A stretch of 63,852 nucleotides of DNA from Octopus bimaculoides (Eukaryota), in assembly GCF_001194135.2 (NCBI RefSeq), contig NC_068981.1, positions 190,030,193-190,094,044 on the forward strand, in the 5' to 3' direction. Position 1 is the first letter of the stretch, and every line of letters begins with the position of its first letter. The notes under the pieces were generated by a model. That model worked only from the letters and a program-made list of their open reading frames with translations. It was not told the origin of the DNA and ran no database searches. Positions 63,255 through 63,852 of this stretch are shown here, piece by piece. Made by a program: the position numbers and the translations under genes.

Positions 63255-63700
63255 CCTACTGGGGTAGTCAAGTGTCTCCTGACCCTCTATTATACCATCA
63301 GACAACCATAGACAGAGAACACCGCTGGGAAATACGAAAACTAAAAGAAGCAGTACATATGTTAGGACACAACAACCTCCTAAGCAGACCAAGAACAAAT
63401 ATAAACAGCATATGGGAACCGGTATTAAGGAAGGATAGGAAACGCCTGTGTTAGAATGGGGGTAGCTGATGAAGGAAAATGTTCTCTATGTGGCCTGTGT
63501 GTTTTCTGTACTCTGGTTATTATTATTTTTTTTGTCTACGTTTTGTTTGCAATGTCCTGTACTCAGATATGCACCTATATACACAGGTAGATGCAGGTAT
63601 GCACATACTTGTACCTATATATGCATATACTCATTTATTATTTGTTTTACATGACCGAACGCCCGCGTCATCCCTGTAAGTAGTTTTGAACTATATATAT
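63255..63700 (+). mobile_element. Penelope-like element 3' end (GIY-YIG C-terminus + terminal repeat/UTR)
   Basis: TIDREHRWEIRKLKEAVHMLGHNNLLSRPRTNINSIWEPVLRK* matches the PLE endonuclease tail; CTGATGA 12 nt after the stop. Confidence 0.75.
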
Positions 63701-63852
63701 ATATATATATATAAGTATTTTTTTGTAGCTATCTTGTTTTAAGAGCTGGAGAACTTTTAGATAACTTCTTACATACTGCTTTGTGGAAAACTGTAATGTT
63801 AGTGTTTACGTGTATGATGAGAATAATTTGCGGTGATGGGTGAGGGGAAAAA

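Overview
AT-rich, gap-riddled animal genomic DNA. I infer an octopus scaffold from the recognisable tRNA-derived SINE families and the extreme (TA)n/(CA)n/(CATA)n/(GAT)n load; this is my recollection, not a search result. N gaps are mostly flanked by microsatellites, so most long ORFs in the supplied track are artefacts. No intact gene, rRNA, true tRNA or CRISPR array was found. The window is dominated by several SINE families, decayed LINEs (CR1/Jockey-group, Tx1/L1-like, RTE-like, and restriction-like-endonuclease R4/Dong/CRE-type), a Penelope-like 3' end, a mariner, a Chapaev3-like transposase relic and hAT/Kolobok-type MITEs. There are also candidate minus-strand host exons; the best pair is 526-671 + 389-438, with a possibly TNF-like C-terminus. 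The most interesting signal is a set of short non-autonomous repeats carrying minimal type I hammerhead-ribozyme motifs with palindromic stem III. They include a tRNA-headed SINE with a hammerhead tail, a family with a shared CUGUUGA core variant, and inverted-arm insertions bounded by target-site duplications. Also notable are an RLE LINE always bounded by (CATA)n and 5'-inverted SINE insertions. All family names come from motif recognition only; no searches or folding programs were run.
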